From: Octopus sinensis
Lineage: Eukaryota
Direction: 5' to 3'
Length of the DNA: 64,000 bases
Assembly: GCF_006345805.1 (NCBI RefSeq)
Contig: NC_043002.1
Location: forward strand, 103,664,001 to 103,728,000
Part shown: in pieces, positions 1 to 13,425 of the stretch
Numbering within the stretch: the stretch's first letter is position 1
How the letters are laid out: every line of letters begins with the position of its first letter
The notes under the pieces: model-generated
What the model was told of the DNA's origin: nothing
Databases searched by the model: none
Seen by the model: the letters and a program-made list of their open reading frames with translations, nothing else
Made by a program: the position numbers and the translations under genes

Positions 1-234
1 GACATACAGGAGATGTGCTTGGTAGTCCGTTGGGCGGATGCATTTTTTAGGAGCGTATGAGAGTATATTTACAATGTCGTTGGTGTAAAAACACCTGAAA
101 GCAACACGTAGACAAGCGAGATAACTCATATCTCATCCCTTATCCAGAGAGTCAGGCATCGGTGTTTCGTTTTCCTTTTGACTTGTCAATGTCACATACC
201 GAACAGGATTCGCCCTGAGCTATATGTGTTGTGT

Positions 235-556
235 GAGGGCGCGTGGCTTAGTGGTTAGGGCATTCGGCTCATGATCGTAAGGTTGTGAGTTCGATTCCCG
301 GCGACGCGTTGTGTTTTCTTGAGCAAGACACTTTATTTCACGTTGCTCCAGTCCACTCAGCTGGCAAAAATGAGTTGTACTTGTATTTCAAAGGGTCAGC
401 CTTGTCACTCTCTGTGTCACGCTGATTTTCCCCGAGAACTACGTTAAGGGTACACGTGTCTGTGGAATGCTCAGCCATTTGCACGTTAATTTCACGAGCA
501 AGCTGTTCCGTTGATCGTATCAACTGGGACCCTCGTCGTCGTAACCGGCGGAGTAG
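235..556 (+). mobile_element. tRNA-derived SINE (family A)
   Basis: A-box TGGCTTAGTGG and B-box GAGTTCGATTCC, then a CORE-like TTGAGCAAGACACTTTATTTCAC...CCACTCAGCTG block that is shared with the copy at 48945. Confidence 0.85.
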
Positions 557-844
557 AAGAAAGAATATGTGTTGTGTTGTGTGTGTGTGTGTGTTTTATC
601 AGTGAATCTACCAATGCAGTTTCTTCCTCTTTATACATGAGAGTCCGCTGAAGGCATCATTCATTCACATTTAAGTAATATATAAATATATAAGAACAAA
701 ATATCGTCTGCCATACACATTTCTACCAAAGTAACAAAAAATTCAAAATAAATTACTCATCGTTCTTTATAACATATAAAATTCTATTTCAAAAAGAAAC
801 AGTATCCAACATGTCTCCCTAGGACAGAAGGAGCTAACAACTAC

Positions 845-876
845 AGCAAATAATAATAATAATAATGATGATAATA

Positions 877-924
<48 letters not shown>

Positions 925-995
925 TAATAATGAAAATAATAATTATAATTGTGTTAATAATAATAATAGTAATAATAATAATAATAATAATAATG

Positions 996-1031
<36 letters not shown>

Positions 1032-1090
1032 ATAATAATAATAAAATAATAATAATAATAATAATCATAATAATAATAATAATAATAATG
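845..1090. repeat. (AAT)n microsatellite
   Basis: direct reading. Confidence 0.95.
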
Positions 1091-1888
1091 CAGTACCAGG
1101 CAGTGACTCTCGCGGCTTCTGATTTTAATTGATTGGAAGTTTTATTACGTACAGTCTTTTGTCTTGGTATAAAAGATGGTCTACAGCAAATATTCTGCTC
1201 AATACCACAGATTTGCTTGTCAGTTGTTTGACCTTAACCAGTTGAGCATGTCCCTTAGTGGCTTACGATATGTGCATCTCTGATCACGAGCAGAAGTAGT
1301 GGGGGAGCATCATAGTCATGTGTTGAGAGGGACTTTTGGGGGTTTGAATCATTCACCTCTGGAAACATGGGTGGTTCTTTCAACATCCTTAAACAACCCT
1401 TATTCAGGGACCTTTTGAGCGGGATGGGCTACTCAACCTGAAGAAAATTCTAACTGGGCCCCACCTGCAAGGTCATGTGCTGTTAATCTTGATATGAGAT
1501 CACCATGTCGCGCACATATAGTTGTGATGCATGTGTCTGGTATACCCTTATCAGACGGGTAGTCATGATGGGTATATTGGGCTTCGTATATTTTACCCTT
1601 CGTATATTTTGAATAATTAATCTTTGGAAACATGGGTGTTTCGATCAACATCCTTAAACAACCCTTATTCAGAGACATTTTGAGCGGCATGGGCTACTCG
1701 ACCAGAGGGAAAAATTCTAACTGGGGCCCCACCTGCAAGGTCATGTGCTGTTTATCTTGTCACGCAAATATGGTTGTGATGCATGTGCCTTAGTGTACTC
1801 TTATCAGACGGGTAGTCATGATGATTATACTAGGCTTCGTATATTTTATCCCAGTGTCACTTTGATGGCATGCACTGCTCTCTCACTC
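1088..1888 (+). mobile_element. Unclassified ~560-bp (AAT)n-embedded interspersed repeat, with internal duplication of its 3' half (about 1625-1888 repeats about 1360-1600)
   Basis: colinear with 38658-39213 and 38367-38486; flanked by (AAT)n on both sides; no TIR or tRNA boxes seen; strand is a guess from truncation polarity. Confidence 0.8.
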
Positions 1889-1930
1889 AATAATAATGAT
1901 AACAACAACAACAGCAACTATAACAATAAT

Positions 1931-2017
<87 letters not shown>

Positions 2018-2092
2018 AAGAAGAAGAAGAAGAAGAAGAAGAAGAAGAAGAAGAAGAAGAAGAAGAAGAAGAAGAAGATGAAGAAGAAGAAA
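1889..2092. repeat. (AAT)n-(AAG)n compound microsatellite
   Basis: direct reading; explains ORFs 1745..2095, 1883..2113 and 1896..2081. Confidence 0.95.
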
Positions 2093-2565
2093 TGACATGA
2101 CAGAGTTGACCAAAATTTACTCTGATTAATATGTCGGCATTATAAAATAAAACTGCTAAGAAATGGTATAATTACCACCCTGGGTCTGTAACTGAGGGAG
2201 AAAATGTAATGATTATCTGGGACTTTCCAGTACTTACGGACAAATTCATCAAAGCTGATAAACCGGATATTTCTTGGAATAACCAAAGTAATAATACAAT
2301 CCGTTTATTAATGGACATGTGCATACACTGTGATAATAATATCTCGGCAACAGAATTTAATGAGCTCAGAAAATATAAAGATTTGCTAATTGTTATTGGA
2401 ACATGTGGCATCTCAATGCGGTTACAATAACATTGGCTGTAGGCGCGCTTGGAATGATCAAAAAAGAAATCTAAAATTATTTGAAAACCATTCCTAGCAA
2501 ACCAACCTTGCAAAAAATTCAATAGTTTGTTTTGACTGCAACGTCACGTGTATGGAGAAGAGGAT
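2093..2565 (+). mobile_element. R4/Dong-clade LINE 3' fragment (restriction-like endonuclease), frameshifted
   Basis: translates to HDRV..LICRHYKIKTAKKWYNYHP..IIWDFPVLTDKFIKADKPDI..KYKDL../MWHLNAVTITLAVGALGMIKK..LQKIQ*FVLTATSRVWRR, the RLE PD..D region and C-terminus of R4/Dong ORFs. Confidence 0.85.
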
Positions 2566-3553
2566 TATTACAGCCCATATTATTCTCTCCCTTTCATCTT
2601 TCATTTTTTTCCTATCACTCTTTCTTTTTATCTTTCCTATAACTTTGTAAATATACAATCTGGTGTGTTTATTTCAATAGTGTATCGATACGTACAGTAA
2701 GTTTCTTTGCTCTATGGGTCGGGAAGGCACTCGGCATGAAATAGATACACAAATGAAGAAAGAAAACTCATCATGATTACACTTATGGCGTAAAATACGA
2801 CGACGATGAAGATTATGATGATTAGGAGGAGGATAATGGAGAGGATTAAGAGAGGGGAATGTGGGTGAGTGGAAAGAGAATGAGGAGGATGTCGCTGCGT
2901 GAACTATCAGAGGAAGATGGGAGTAGCTGCACCGATTTTTTAACATACTCCTTTTAGCAACAATGAACAAAACCAATATACTGTATTTTGTTAATTTTAA
3001 AGAAATACGTTCGTCGCCATCATCATCGTCATCATCATGATCACCGTTATTATCATCAAAATCATCATCACCTTCTTCTTCGTCGCTAGCACTGACATTT
3101 TCATCTACAGAGTCGCTGAAGGCCCTGTCGTCCAGTTCGTTGAAGATGACGTCGGGTCGACATCATCAGTTTTATTAAATGTTTACCAATATTGGTATTC
3201 AGTAATATTATCGACTTATGATCGATAGGCAAATTAGTAATGTTGGAGACACATGGTTTTAATCGATTAATATTAACCCTACAACCAAATGTTGTGGTAT
3301 TGTTGCCAAAAATTAGAAATTAATATTACCATCATCATATTTGTCTTGACAGGTAAATATGTCGGATCTTCTGAAGAATTATCTTCACAGATATCGACGT
3401 ACGATTTCGGTATGGAAAGAGGATCATAGACGAATAAAATGAAATTTTTGTGGCTAAACCAATGTGTAATCATTGCTTTAGTTTGCACTAGATACATATA
3501 ACCAAAGTTGATTTAGGCAGACATGTTGCTTGTAAGAGTCACACTTTTCCTAA

Positions 3554-3588
<35 letters not shown>

Positions 3589-3590
<2 letters not shown>

Positions 3591-3975
3591 CGCAGGAGTG
3601 GCTGTGTGGTAAATAGCTTGCTAACCAACCACATGGTTCCGGGTTCAGTCCCACTGCGTGGCATCTTGGCCAAGTGTCTTCTGCTATAGCCCCGGGCTGA
3701 CCAATGCCTTGTGAGTGGATTTGGTAGACGGAAACTGAAAGAAGCCTGTCGTATATATGTATATATATGTATGTGTGTGTGTCTGTGTTTGTCCCCCTAG
3801 CATTGCTTGACAACCGATGCTGGTGTGTTTACGTTCCCGTCACTTAGCGGTTCGGCAAAAGAGACCGATAGAATAAGTACTGGGCTTACAAAGAATAAGT
3901 CCCGGGGTCGATTTGCTCGACTAAAGGTGGTGCTCCAGCATGGCCGCAGTCAAATGACTGAAACAAGTAAAAAAG
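3589..3975 (+). mobile_element. tRNA-derived SINE (family B) with internal (TA/GT)n
   Basis: GGCGCAGGAGTGGCTGTGTGGT head, GGGTTCAGTCCC B-box, 3' part homologous to 17910-18105, A-rich tail. Confidence 0.85.
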
Positions 3976-3994
3976 AAAAAGAAAAAAGAAATAT

Positions 3995-4183
3995 ATATAT
4001 AAAGATACAAAATGGGACAAGAACGGAAAACATTCAAATAGACGATACAAAAAACGGAAGGGTCACCCGAAGCCTCTAATCTTCAGTCAAGAACCGGATT
4101 AGAGACTTCGAATGACCCGTCCGTTTTTTGTATCGTCTATTTGAATGTTTTGTGTTCTTGTCCAATTTTGTATTTTTATATAC
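3995..4183. repeat. Fold-back inverted repeat (arms ~87 bp, 15-nt loop)
   Basis: left ...AAACATTCAAATAGACGATACAAAAAACGGAAGGGTCACCCGAAGCCTCTAATC; right GATTAGAGACTTCGAATGACCCGTCCGTTTTTTGTATCGTCTATTTGAATGTTT... Confidence 0.9.
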
Positions 4184-4388
4184 ATTTTTTATACATATAT
4201 TATTGCGGCGTACGTACACCTTGTTCTTTTTCTATATATATGTATATAATATATATAATATAATAATATTATATATATATATATACTATATATATATTAG
4301 AATATGCATAAATATTACATGCTATATATACATACATATATATATATATATATATTATACATATGCATAAATTATAACATGCATATAT

Positions 4389-4427
<39 letters not shown>

Positions 4428-4447
4428 CACACACACACACATACACA

Positions 4448-4517
<70 letters not shown>

Positions 4518-4523
4518 GTATGT

Positions 4524-5570
4524 AGGAAATTTTTTTAAAAATGCAGAATGCTCAAATGAAAGAAAATTTTAATAGAATGAGAAATTGATAAAATATATAA
4601 ATATATATTTATTCAACCGGTTTTCGCCATTGTATGACTTGTCAAGAATATTTATGTTTAAAAAGTTTTTTAAAAATTAGAAAGAGGAAAAAAATAAAAT
4701 TGCATTGTTTTTTGCAAAAGAATAATGATAAAAATGTACAAAAATTAAAAAATAAGTACTCCGATACATTGTGAGTTCGTTGTGTATCTTGAGTTTAATG
4801 ATTGTTCACGAAAAAATTACCTTGAGGTATTAGGATCCAAAGGTATTAAGAGCATGTGTTGTTTGGTTTAATTCAGGATGTTGGCAGGACAGGAAGTAGT
4901 AGTAATTGTGGTTCTTCAGTTCCTGTGTTGTGAGTAAGGGGAGACAACTCTTTTGAGTTCTTCAATAAGGGCTGTTGGTAAAACCCAAATTATAAAATTA
5001 TCATTTTAGCTTCATTTGCGTTATCTTTTTATATAATTGCTTGTTAACTTAACTTTCAGATTTTTAACACTTTATTTATATCATTTTCTAATTATATAAA
5101 TCTGCATAGACAATTGCATTTCAGATTGTCATATAATTTATAATAAAAATGATAGTAATAACAACAATAGTAAAAATGGTATTTAAAGAATATAAGTTTT
5201 AGCTTGAAGTGATGAATGCATGGTATCTTTATATATTTGTGTTAGTCCATCCATGAAGAGTGAGGTAGAAAAAGGAAGTTTGATCAACGAGGAGTTTGCA
5301 TATTAAGTTTGTGTTTGGAATTTTTCAATAAAGAGATTCTCCTTGTTAATTCTCTCCTGTGTGGTGATCCCGTCTTTACATTGGTAGAAGGGGAATATAT
5401 AGAATGTGGGGTTTAAGTCTTTAGCAGCATGAGTCTAAGTGGTCACTCAGTGGAATTTGTCGGTATTCCGGGAGATTTATTTGTTCTTTATGCACCGTTA
5501 CTCGTTTACGTAACGGGAGACTCGTTTGTCCAACATAATATGTTGGCAACCAGCGCATGTGAGAACGTAG

Positions 5571-5573
<3 letters not shown>
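4524..5573 (-). mobile_element. Penelope-like element 3' remnant (GIY-YIG fragment 5300-5573 plus putative pLTR region)
   Basis: IYVLTCAGCQH/YVGQTSLPLRKRVTVHKEQINLPEYRQIPLSDHLDSC..FYIFPFYQC..KENLFIEKF, homologous to the ORF at 50291; hammerhead-like motif at 4614-4647; the lower boundary is approximate. Confidence 0.75.
4614..4647 (-). ncRNA. Degenerate minimal type-I hammerhead ribozyme motif
   Basis: ATTC-TTGACAA-GTC-atacaat-GGC-GAAAA-CCGGT-T-GAAT: stem I ATTC/GAAT, stem II GTC/GGC, palindromic stem III ACCGGT; core differs from CUGANGA at two positions. Confidence 0.55.
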
Positions 5574-5615
<42 letters not shown>

Positions 5616-6239
5616 ATATATATCTATATATATATATATATATATATCATATGTGTATGTATACGCGTTATTCAATATATGCATAGATACATTAAGAGTT
5701 AACGATAGCATATAAGCCTGTAAGTGTATACAGATAAATCTAAGAGCGTCTACTAATCTACTTATTTATCTTTGTAACTATATACATATATATATATATA
5801 TGTGTGCGTGTGTATGTGTGTGTGTGTGAGAGTTTGTTCATATTTGTATGTGTGTATATGATTATTTGTATTACAGTTCGCTTTGTAAATTGTTTTGTTT
5901 CGCAGTGAAACGAAGAGAAAGAAACCGTGAAGAAGAGAAAATTACGAAATTACATCGATTCACAAAACTAATGGATTGAATACAATGAGGAAACATTTGA
6001 TTTAGAAAAAAAATAAAAGAATGTCTTTTCTTTTTTTGTATTTTTCAAAATCATAAAATATGAATTTAAAAGACCAATAAATATAATCAGAATCTACGAA
6101 AATTGAGTAGATTGCTAACGAAAGGAGTGAAACAGCACATTGATACACTTGAAGGAATCGCCTGCCAAACATTTCCATAGCGTTCAACAAATGGTGTCGA
6201 ATAATAAAGTAGCAAAATGGTAATAGCAGTCGACAATGA

Positions 6240-6680
<441 letters not shown>

Positions 6681-7772
6681 TGCCCTAATATTGCCCAAAT
6701 TTCTTTTCAGTGTGTCCTGCAATAAATGTCATTATTTTTACAGAGTGTAGCTTCTACGATTAACTCTTAATAAATTAGTTATTTAGATATTTTTGAAATT
6801 ATATTATATAAAAAGTAATAGAGTAATATAAAAGCGAAAGAATTGGGGTAGAATTATAGAATTATAGCAGAAAAATCATTATGAATATTCTAAATGAAGA
6901 ACAAAAAAAGCAAAAAACAATATACAAAACAAGAAAACAATATTTTCTCCAGTATCAATTGATTTTTGGTGATAATCAATTTATAAAAGTTTATAAATTA
7001 TTCAAGATTCAGGTTCTTTTCCTGAAATTCTTTTATATTTATGCAACATTTTGTGAAAGATTGCAGCTTCTAAATCTATAATTTAACGTATCATGTAATA
7101 ATAATAATTGTTATTCTGGTTGCGACTACAACTTCTATTCAATGTTGTGCAAATAAGATATGTGGTTGATGTGTCGAAGAAGGTGGGGGTTGCGGGTAAT
7201 CTTATAATACCAGATATGGCTGAATGATATACATTCGCATATACAGAAGAGTGTGTGTATATTTGTGTGTACGTGTATGCGGCTGCATGTGTGTGATTTT
7301 GAGAGGGTTATAATTTATGCGTACATTAAAAAACATTCATGCATTAAAAACATAGATAGGAAAGCAGTGAAACAAAAGGCCATATTGTATGAAAATCACT
7401 CATACAAATTACACAGAGATGGCTAAACAAAGAACACACTTTATCTGGTGCAGATTGGGAGACACAAACTCTCTCTTAGAAAAACCAAAACATTGGCAAC
7501 TAATAAAACGACGCATGTGCATACACCTATTCAGAAATGCTCACACAAATGCATACATAAGTGCATACATATAGATTTAGTCAATGGTTGTATATACATA
7601 TGTGAGTTTGTGTGTGTATACATATTTTCACACACACACACACACACACATACACACATATATACATATATATATATATATAATTATCTATATGTATGTA
7701 TGAATGCATATATGCATATATATATACATGTATGTATGTATATACATATATATATACAGTCATACATATACG

Positions 7773-7820
<48 letters not shown>

Positions 7821-8555
7821 CATGTTTATATGCATATATGCTTACATCCCTATATGTACATAGATGTGTACATCTAAGCGCACGCACAGACAAACATACT
7901 CTCACTCACACTCACACACACACTCACACACACGCGCACACATGTATATGTACACATCGAGAAAATCAGATACGCATACATTTTAGTTTATGCAATGTTT
8001 GAATTATCAAATATTAATTCTTTCACTTTCAATCGTCTGCCTAAATGAACCGAAGACAGTTCTTCTCTACAAACAAAAGTGCTCAGGCAGCCATTCACTA
8101 GATAATATTTCTGAGTAAAAAAAAAAGATTAGCGTTTCTCTAGAAAGGTCGTTGATATCTTCTACTGAAACTGGTTGTACTTAAGCGATCTGCTTTGAGA
8201 ATAATAATCCATGGTTATTAATTCAGAGACGAAAGAAAATATATACAATTACTATGCATGCCGATATGTAGGACCCCTATGCTTATCTAGTTGTGGGTTC
8301 AATGCTCTATTCTTTCCGCTATTTCTTACATGTAGCACATGCAAACACACGTCCTCTCACATAAGTACACTCAACATATATTCGTACATGTAAACATGTA
8401 TGAACATGCAAACATACATGTAAATGGTTATATATGTGAACATTATATATACACTATATTTTCTTGTGATATAATTTATTTGGACTTATATGCGGTATAA
8501 GAGAATTTTTATTACCGATATAACTCCTGATATATATGTGATGCAGATATTTGTC

Positions 8556-8586
<31 letters not shown>

Positions 8587-8626
8587 CATATATATATATA
8601 TATAGTGTCAGTTAAATACATTTTGA

Positions 8627-8664
8627 AATCTGATCATTGCTATGAACGTATGAAATCGCTAATT
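8627..8664 (+). ncRNA. Degenerate minimal hammerhead-like motif
   Basis: AAT-CTGATCA-T-TGC-tatgaac-GTA-T-GAAA-TCGCT-A-ATT; same layout as the 49747 motif, with G8>C. Confidence 0.45.
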
Positions 8665-8711
8665 GAACTTTGTGAACATTACAATCTTGTTCGTTTTTAT
8701 TGTTTTACCAA

Positions 8712-8811
8712 NNNNNNNNNNNNNNNNNNNNNNNNNNNNNNNNNNNNNNNNNNNNNNNNNNNNNNNNNNNNNNNNNNNNNNNNNNNNNNNNNNNNNNNNN
8801 NNNNNNNNNNN
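8712..8811. other. Assembly gap (100 N)
   Basis: direct reading. Confidence 1.
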
Positions 8812-8940
8812 CCGACCTGTTAAGGGCGGTGCGTAAACTGATACGAGTCGAAAAGCGCACCCATTGCTGCCGTCGACATCCAGGACGACCAGTCTACCCT
8901 CCGGGTCTACGAATATTGTCCTTACTTTGAGATCCAGACT
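8812..8940 (-). mobile_element. L1/Tx1-type LINE apurinic endonuclease fragment
   Basis: SLDLKVRTIFVDPEGRLVVLDVDGSNGCAFRLVSVYAPP matches the APE signature D..GR.V.......F.LV.VYAP; cut by the gap and abutting (GATA)n. Confidence 0.75.
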
Positions 8941-9062
<122 letters not shown>

Positions 9063-9969
9063 ATAGTTGGATAGGTACATACAAATTGATATAAGTATAG
9101 ATATTTATACATATATACATACATATATATATTACTATCTACGTATATATATGTGTGTATGTATATATATATATATATATATGTGAGTATATATATATAT
9201 ATATGTTTGTGTGTGTGTGTGTGTGCGCGCCTGCGAATATAAGGACAGCTCTATGGAAGTACTGTTGAATGAACGGAGGACCCTTTTTTCGCTGTGACAA
9301 TATAACTGCAGGTCCCACAGAATACTCCAGTGGTGCTGTATTATGTTATATGACAAGCTATATATGTAGTTAAAAAGAACATTCAACTCAATACAGGAGT
9401 AAATGGAAATTCTTGGAACAGCCTGGACCACATTTCAACGGAAGTAGCCGATGCAAACTTTTTGGTCCGAACTCATGTGCGGGATCCGATGACCTCAATA
9501 AAATTTAAGATGTGAACTGTTTAGCCGGCACCTTCATGAGAAAGGATTCGTTTTGGAAGCCTGATCTTCTCCGCTTGCTGACTAGTGAACGGAAAATGGA
9601 CATAAACTGAACCGTTTTGAACACGACTGGAAGTGATCAAACGTAGATAATTCCGTCTCACACAGAAAGTTTGCGTATCAAAGAAATTTGTACACTGCCA
9701 TTCTGGCCAAGAATGTATTGTTACCTAAATTTGTAAAGAGGTTATATGCCTCAGACCACTGTGTAGCCAGTATTTCTAAGAGCAATAAGAGGCTTGAAAC
9801 CAATGACAGCGTACTGACCGACTGTCACGAGCGTCTTCATGATAACACACAGAGAGACACGCAAGCAGACATATAATCACTTACACACACATACATACGC
9901 ACTGCTCAGGATTGTAACTACAAGTGTGACGTAGGCGAATTCCTTCTCTTCTTAGAAATTCGCCCTTTT

Positions 9970-10005
9970 ATTTTCCGACAAAGAGCTATGATCGAAACGT
10001 CAAAT
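9970..10005 (+). ncRNA. Degenerate minimal hammerhead ribozyme motif
   Basis: ATTTT-CCGACAA-A-GAGC-tat-GATC-GAAA-CGT-C-AAAT; GUC cleavage triplet, ACGT palindrome, two transitions in the core. Confidence 0.55.
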
Positions 10006-10209
10006 TTTCTCCTTTAATCTTTAGTACGTTTATTATGCACACCCTCGTTATCCATTTTTATTGGTTTGTATTATATTTGTCTGTTTATTAAAATTTACTA
10101 TATATATATGTATGTGTGTGTATGTATGTTAGTGTCTGTGTATACACAACACACACATATATATATATGTATATGTTTATATAAATATGTATAAACATAT
10201 ATATTTGAT

Positions 10210-10244
<35 letters not shown>

Positions 10245-10250
10245 GGTATG

Positions 10251-10311
<61 letters not shown>

Positions 10312-11636
10312 CTAGCAGTATCGCCCGGCATTGCTCGGGTTTGTAAGGGAAATAACTATATAAGCATTTTTAGAGAGTTATAGCCAAAAAATTGGAAAAG
10401 ATGCATTAAAAATGGAAAAAAAATGATGGTAATTTTTTTTTAAAATCGTTGACACATCGTAGATATTTTTAGAAAGTTAGTTTTCTTATATAATAGCGAA
10501 AAAAATGGATTAAAACGGAAAAATATGATGGTAATTTTTTTTTAAATCGTAGACTCATCGTAGACGCGCGCTAATGCCCAGAAGGGCTCGATATGACTCA
10601 CGACTATAAGATACCCGGTTTTGGTTAAACTGCACCGCAAAATGTGGGAGTAGTTACGAAGGGTTTTCTTAACCCTTTCGTTACTATATTTCTGACCAAA
10701 TTTGTTTCAATTATTTTCTAACGTAATCATAAATTTAGTCTGGTTTCATTAAACAACTATAACTTTTTTATTTATCAATATATTAATGTGATTTTTGGAA
10801 GATAATTTAATGAAATGTTGTCAACCAATTCTATACTATAATTTTTGTCACAAAGTGACTCTAATTGCAGGTAGATACAGGTAAATTCAACAATATATAA
10901 AATTATTAAAATTTTGTTCAAACATCGCTATAGAAAATGGGTTTTAGCTAATATTCAGTTGGGTATACAACAAAATTTTACAATAGAATTTGTTATTCTG
11001 GGTAACTTTCTGATACCCATAATAATATTTATGGCAAAATAGGCCTTAATTTCATTTAAGGTTGTGGGAAATACAACTATCCTTTCTTTTCGTTTTGTTT
11101 ACATTTTAGCGTAGCAGTTTCGTTTCCGCCGTAATTATTTCAAATAGGCTCATTCGAAAAAGTAAATAGAAATAGTCTAAGGCTTTACTCTTCTGGGAAA
11201 GTCTGTGGCTTGGTGCAGTTTCTTCAGAAAAATCACCGAAAGAAACAGTTTTTAAATTTTCACTCCATTCAGGTACCAATTCATTTTCTTAATCGCTGTC
11301 GGATTCACTGTTTTCACTTTAATAGTTGCAAACTTGCAAAGAGAAAGGAGGAGAAGGGTGATAGCGTCAGTGAAACAGTTCGCTTCCTTTGTGTGTGTGT
11401 GCGTTTGCGTGTGGTGTAGGCCACACTAAGAAAAACATTTGACATAAACACCACAATGTGAGTTTTCTCTAAATTTTGCTTAATTGGGGTTGAAAGTTTA
11501 AAAACTGGACCTGGCAGGACACGATGCATTCTACTCTTAAAAATGTTAGGTAAATTGTAATTGAAGAAATCCTATATTGTAGATTTCTATAAGATACAAA
11601 GGGAGGCAGATAAAATCTGCCTTTTATAATAAGAGA
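10312..11636 (-). mobile_element. Non-autonomous Helitron (~1.3 kb)
   Basis: minus strand begins A^TCTCTTATTATAAAAGGCAGATTTTATCTGCC and ends CCCGAGCAATGCCGGG (hairpin) CGATACTG-CTAG^T; inserted in an AT dinucleotide without TSD. Confidence 0.85.
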
Positions 11637-12416
11637 TACTATAAAATAGGGTTCAGTAAAATAATTTTACTTTACCACACACTGAACATTTTAGAAATAG
11701 CAGCCAAAGGACAAAAATTCTTATATATATATAGATGTAATATATATTATATATATATATATATTATATATATATATATATATATAATATATATATATAT
11801 ATAACATATTATATATATATATCATATAGACTATATATAATATATATATATATATATAATATATATATATCTATATATATATATATGCATACTCCAATCC
11901 ACACACACACTCACAACACACATATATTTATTTATTTTAATATACGGTAAAATCAGTAATAATTTAACCAGGTAGACAGTACGTAAATATAAACCTTTCA
12001 GGTAAATTTTACAAAGTGATTTATAATTATATACATAATTATAACAACCCGTGAGCGATGTGCCTCGCCCCGTACTGAATTAGAAATAGACGCTAATATC
12101 TTTTCAACTACCACAAAATCTCCGAGAAAATAACAAACTTTCCCTGTAGGCAAAATGAAAATGAGAAATTACAAGGCCTTGGTCAATTACGGACCTCCTC
12201 TCAACTGCGGCTGCAATTCTCGACGTTGTTGGTATTCATGTTGCTGTATAGGCGGGGGATAAGGAATTGAGGGAAGATGAGTGTTGCGTTAGTGTTTGTG
12301 TTAAGGTTTGAAGTGTGGGTGGTGGGGAATGTTAGCGAATTAATCTTTTTCCGGGGTGGTGGTATCTGCATTTTCTAGATAAGAGGCGTTTCAAGAGCGT
12401 TTAAGAATTTTGTCCT

Positions 12417-12724
12417 TTAATTGAAATTACAGACGTTTGCTTGCCGACGCTGCCTTTCGATACTTTTTCCGTGTCTGCCTTTGCCGGGTTGCATCGCAAT
12501 TTCATTTACGAACGGCATCATAATCTTGACCATTTCGTCTTCAGTCTTGACATATAACATCCGGAATACGTCTGCCCTAAATATTTGACCATTTCCAAGA
12601 CAACTGATATTTGGCAAAGATTTTATTGAAATATCTTGTAGGTCATTCGTCTGCGCAGAATCTTTGTCAGTTGCAAAGATGTGGATAATGCTACCGTGAT
12701 ATTTAGATATAGCTAACGACCTTT
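12417..12724 (-). CDS. Candidate host exon, unknown product
   Basis: strong acceptor TTATTGTTCTTCTTAG|, one open non-repetitive frame (ERSLAISKYHGSIIHIFATDKDSAQ...) of ~100 codons; the other two frames stop early; no family recognised. Confidence 0.35.
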
Positions 12725-13109
12725 CTAAGAAGAACAATAATTGAAATAAGTCATTTATATAAATACCTGATTTAAGGCAATATTGTTATGGCAGTTGAAC
12801 ATTATGGAAAATGTCATTGTGCCAGAGAGACTCAGAAAACATTCAGCTATTTACTCGTATACGATGACAGCTTCCAGATGACGTGGTTGTTGCCATGACA
12901 TTCAACGAATCACAGTGACATTGTCTATAATATGTATGTGTGTCTCCACCTATATATTTACACAAGTCCTGTTAGTCTGTGATGAACGAAACTATTGGCT
13001 GATGTTATTGTGAACCAGTCGCAATTTTCTCCAATATGATATACACTGAGATATAAATATATTTTCATTTGTATAAACTGCGTTGAATAAGGAGAGGAAA
13101 TGCTATTAC

Positions 13110-13181
13110 CGCCATTCACAACATCAGAGAATCGCATCGCATTCATCTGATACGTATCGTGCATCGCATTCACAAAACCTC
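13110..13181 (-). CDS. Candidate 72-nt phase 1-1 exon upstream of the 12724 exon
   Basis: TAGTTTTTCAG|GAGG...GGCG|GTAATA; GGFVNAMHDTYQMNAMRFSDVVNG joins the next exon in frame. Confidence 0.25.
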
Positions 13182-13389
13182 CTGAAAAACTAATAGCAGT
13201 GAATACAATGGAAAAAATACGTGAAGAATATATGATACAAAGTGAATTTAAAAGATATTTATGAAGGTAAAAAAAAATACTGTTCACACGTTATCCATAG
13301 CGCTAAAAACAAGTAAAAAAAGACAATATCAAGAAAACAACCTACAGCATCAATAATAATAACGACGACGAAGATGATGATGATGATGA

Positions 13390-13425
13390 TGAATGCCCTG
13401 ATCCAATACCAGACAGTGGTTCTCG
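13390..13425 (+). mobile_element. Short 5' fragment of the ~560-bp (AAT)n family
   Basis: AATGCCCTGATCCAATACCAGACAGTGGTTCTC vs AATGCCCTGATGCAGTACCAGGCAGTGGCTCTC at 38657. Confidence 0.6.

Noticed and set aside
1-111. DIQEMCLVVRWADAFF..EY resembles the hAT transposase EQ...IRWVD motif
   Set aside because: Short, contains stops, cut by the window edge; similarity too weak without a search.
2681-2696. 16-nt micro-exon-like AG|...|GTAAGT
   Set aside because: The upstream acceptor context recurs at ~45865 as part of a repeat; no partner exons.
3110-3440. Two plus-strand acceptor-like sites with short open frames
   Set aside because: No consistent frame or donor and no recognisable protein.
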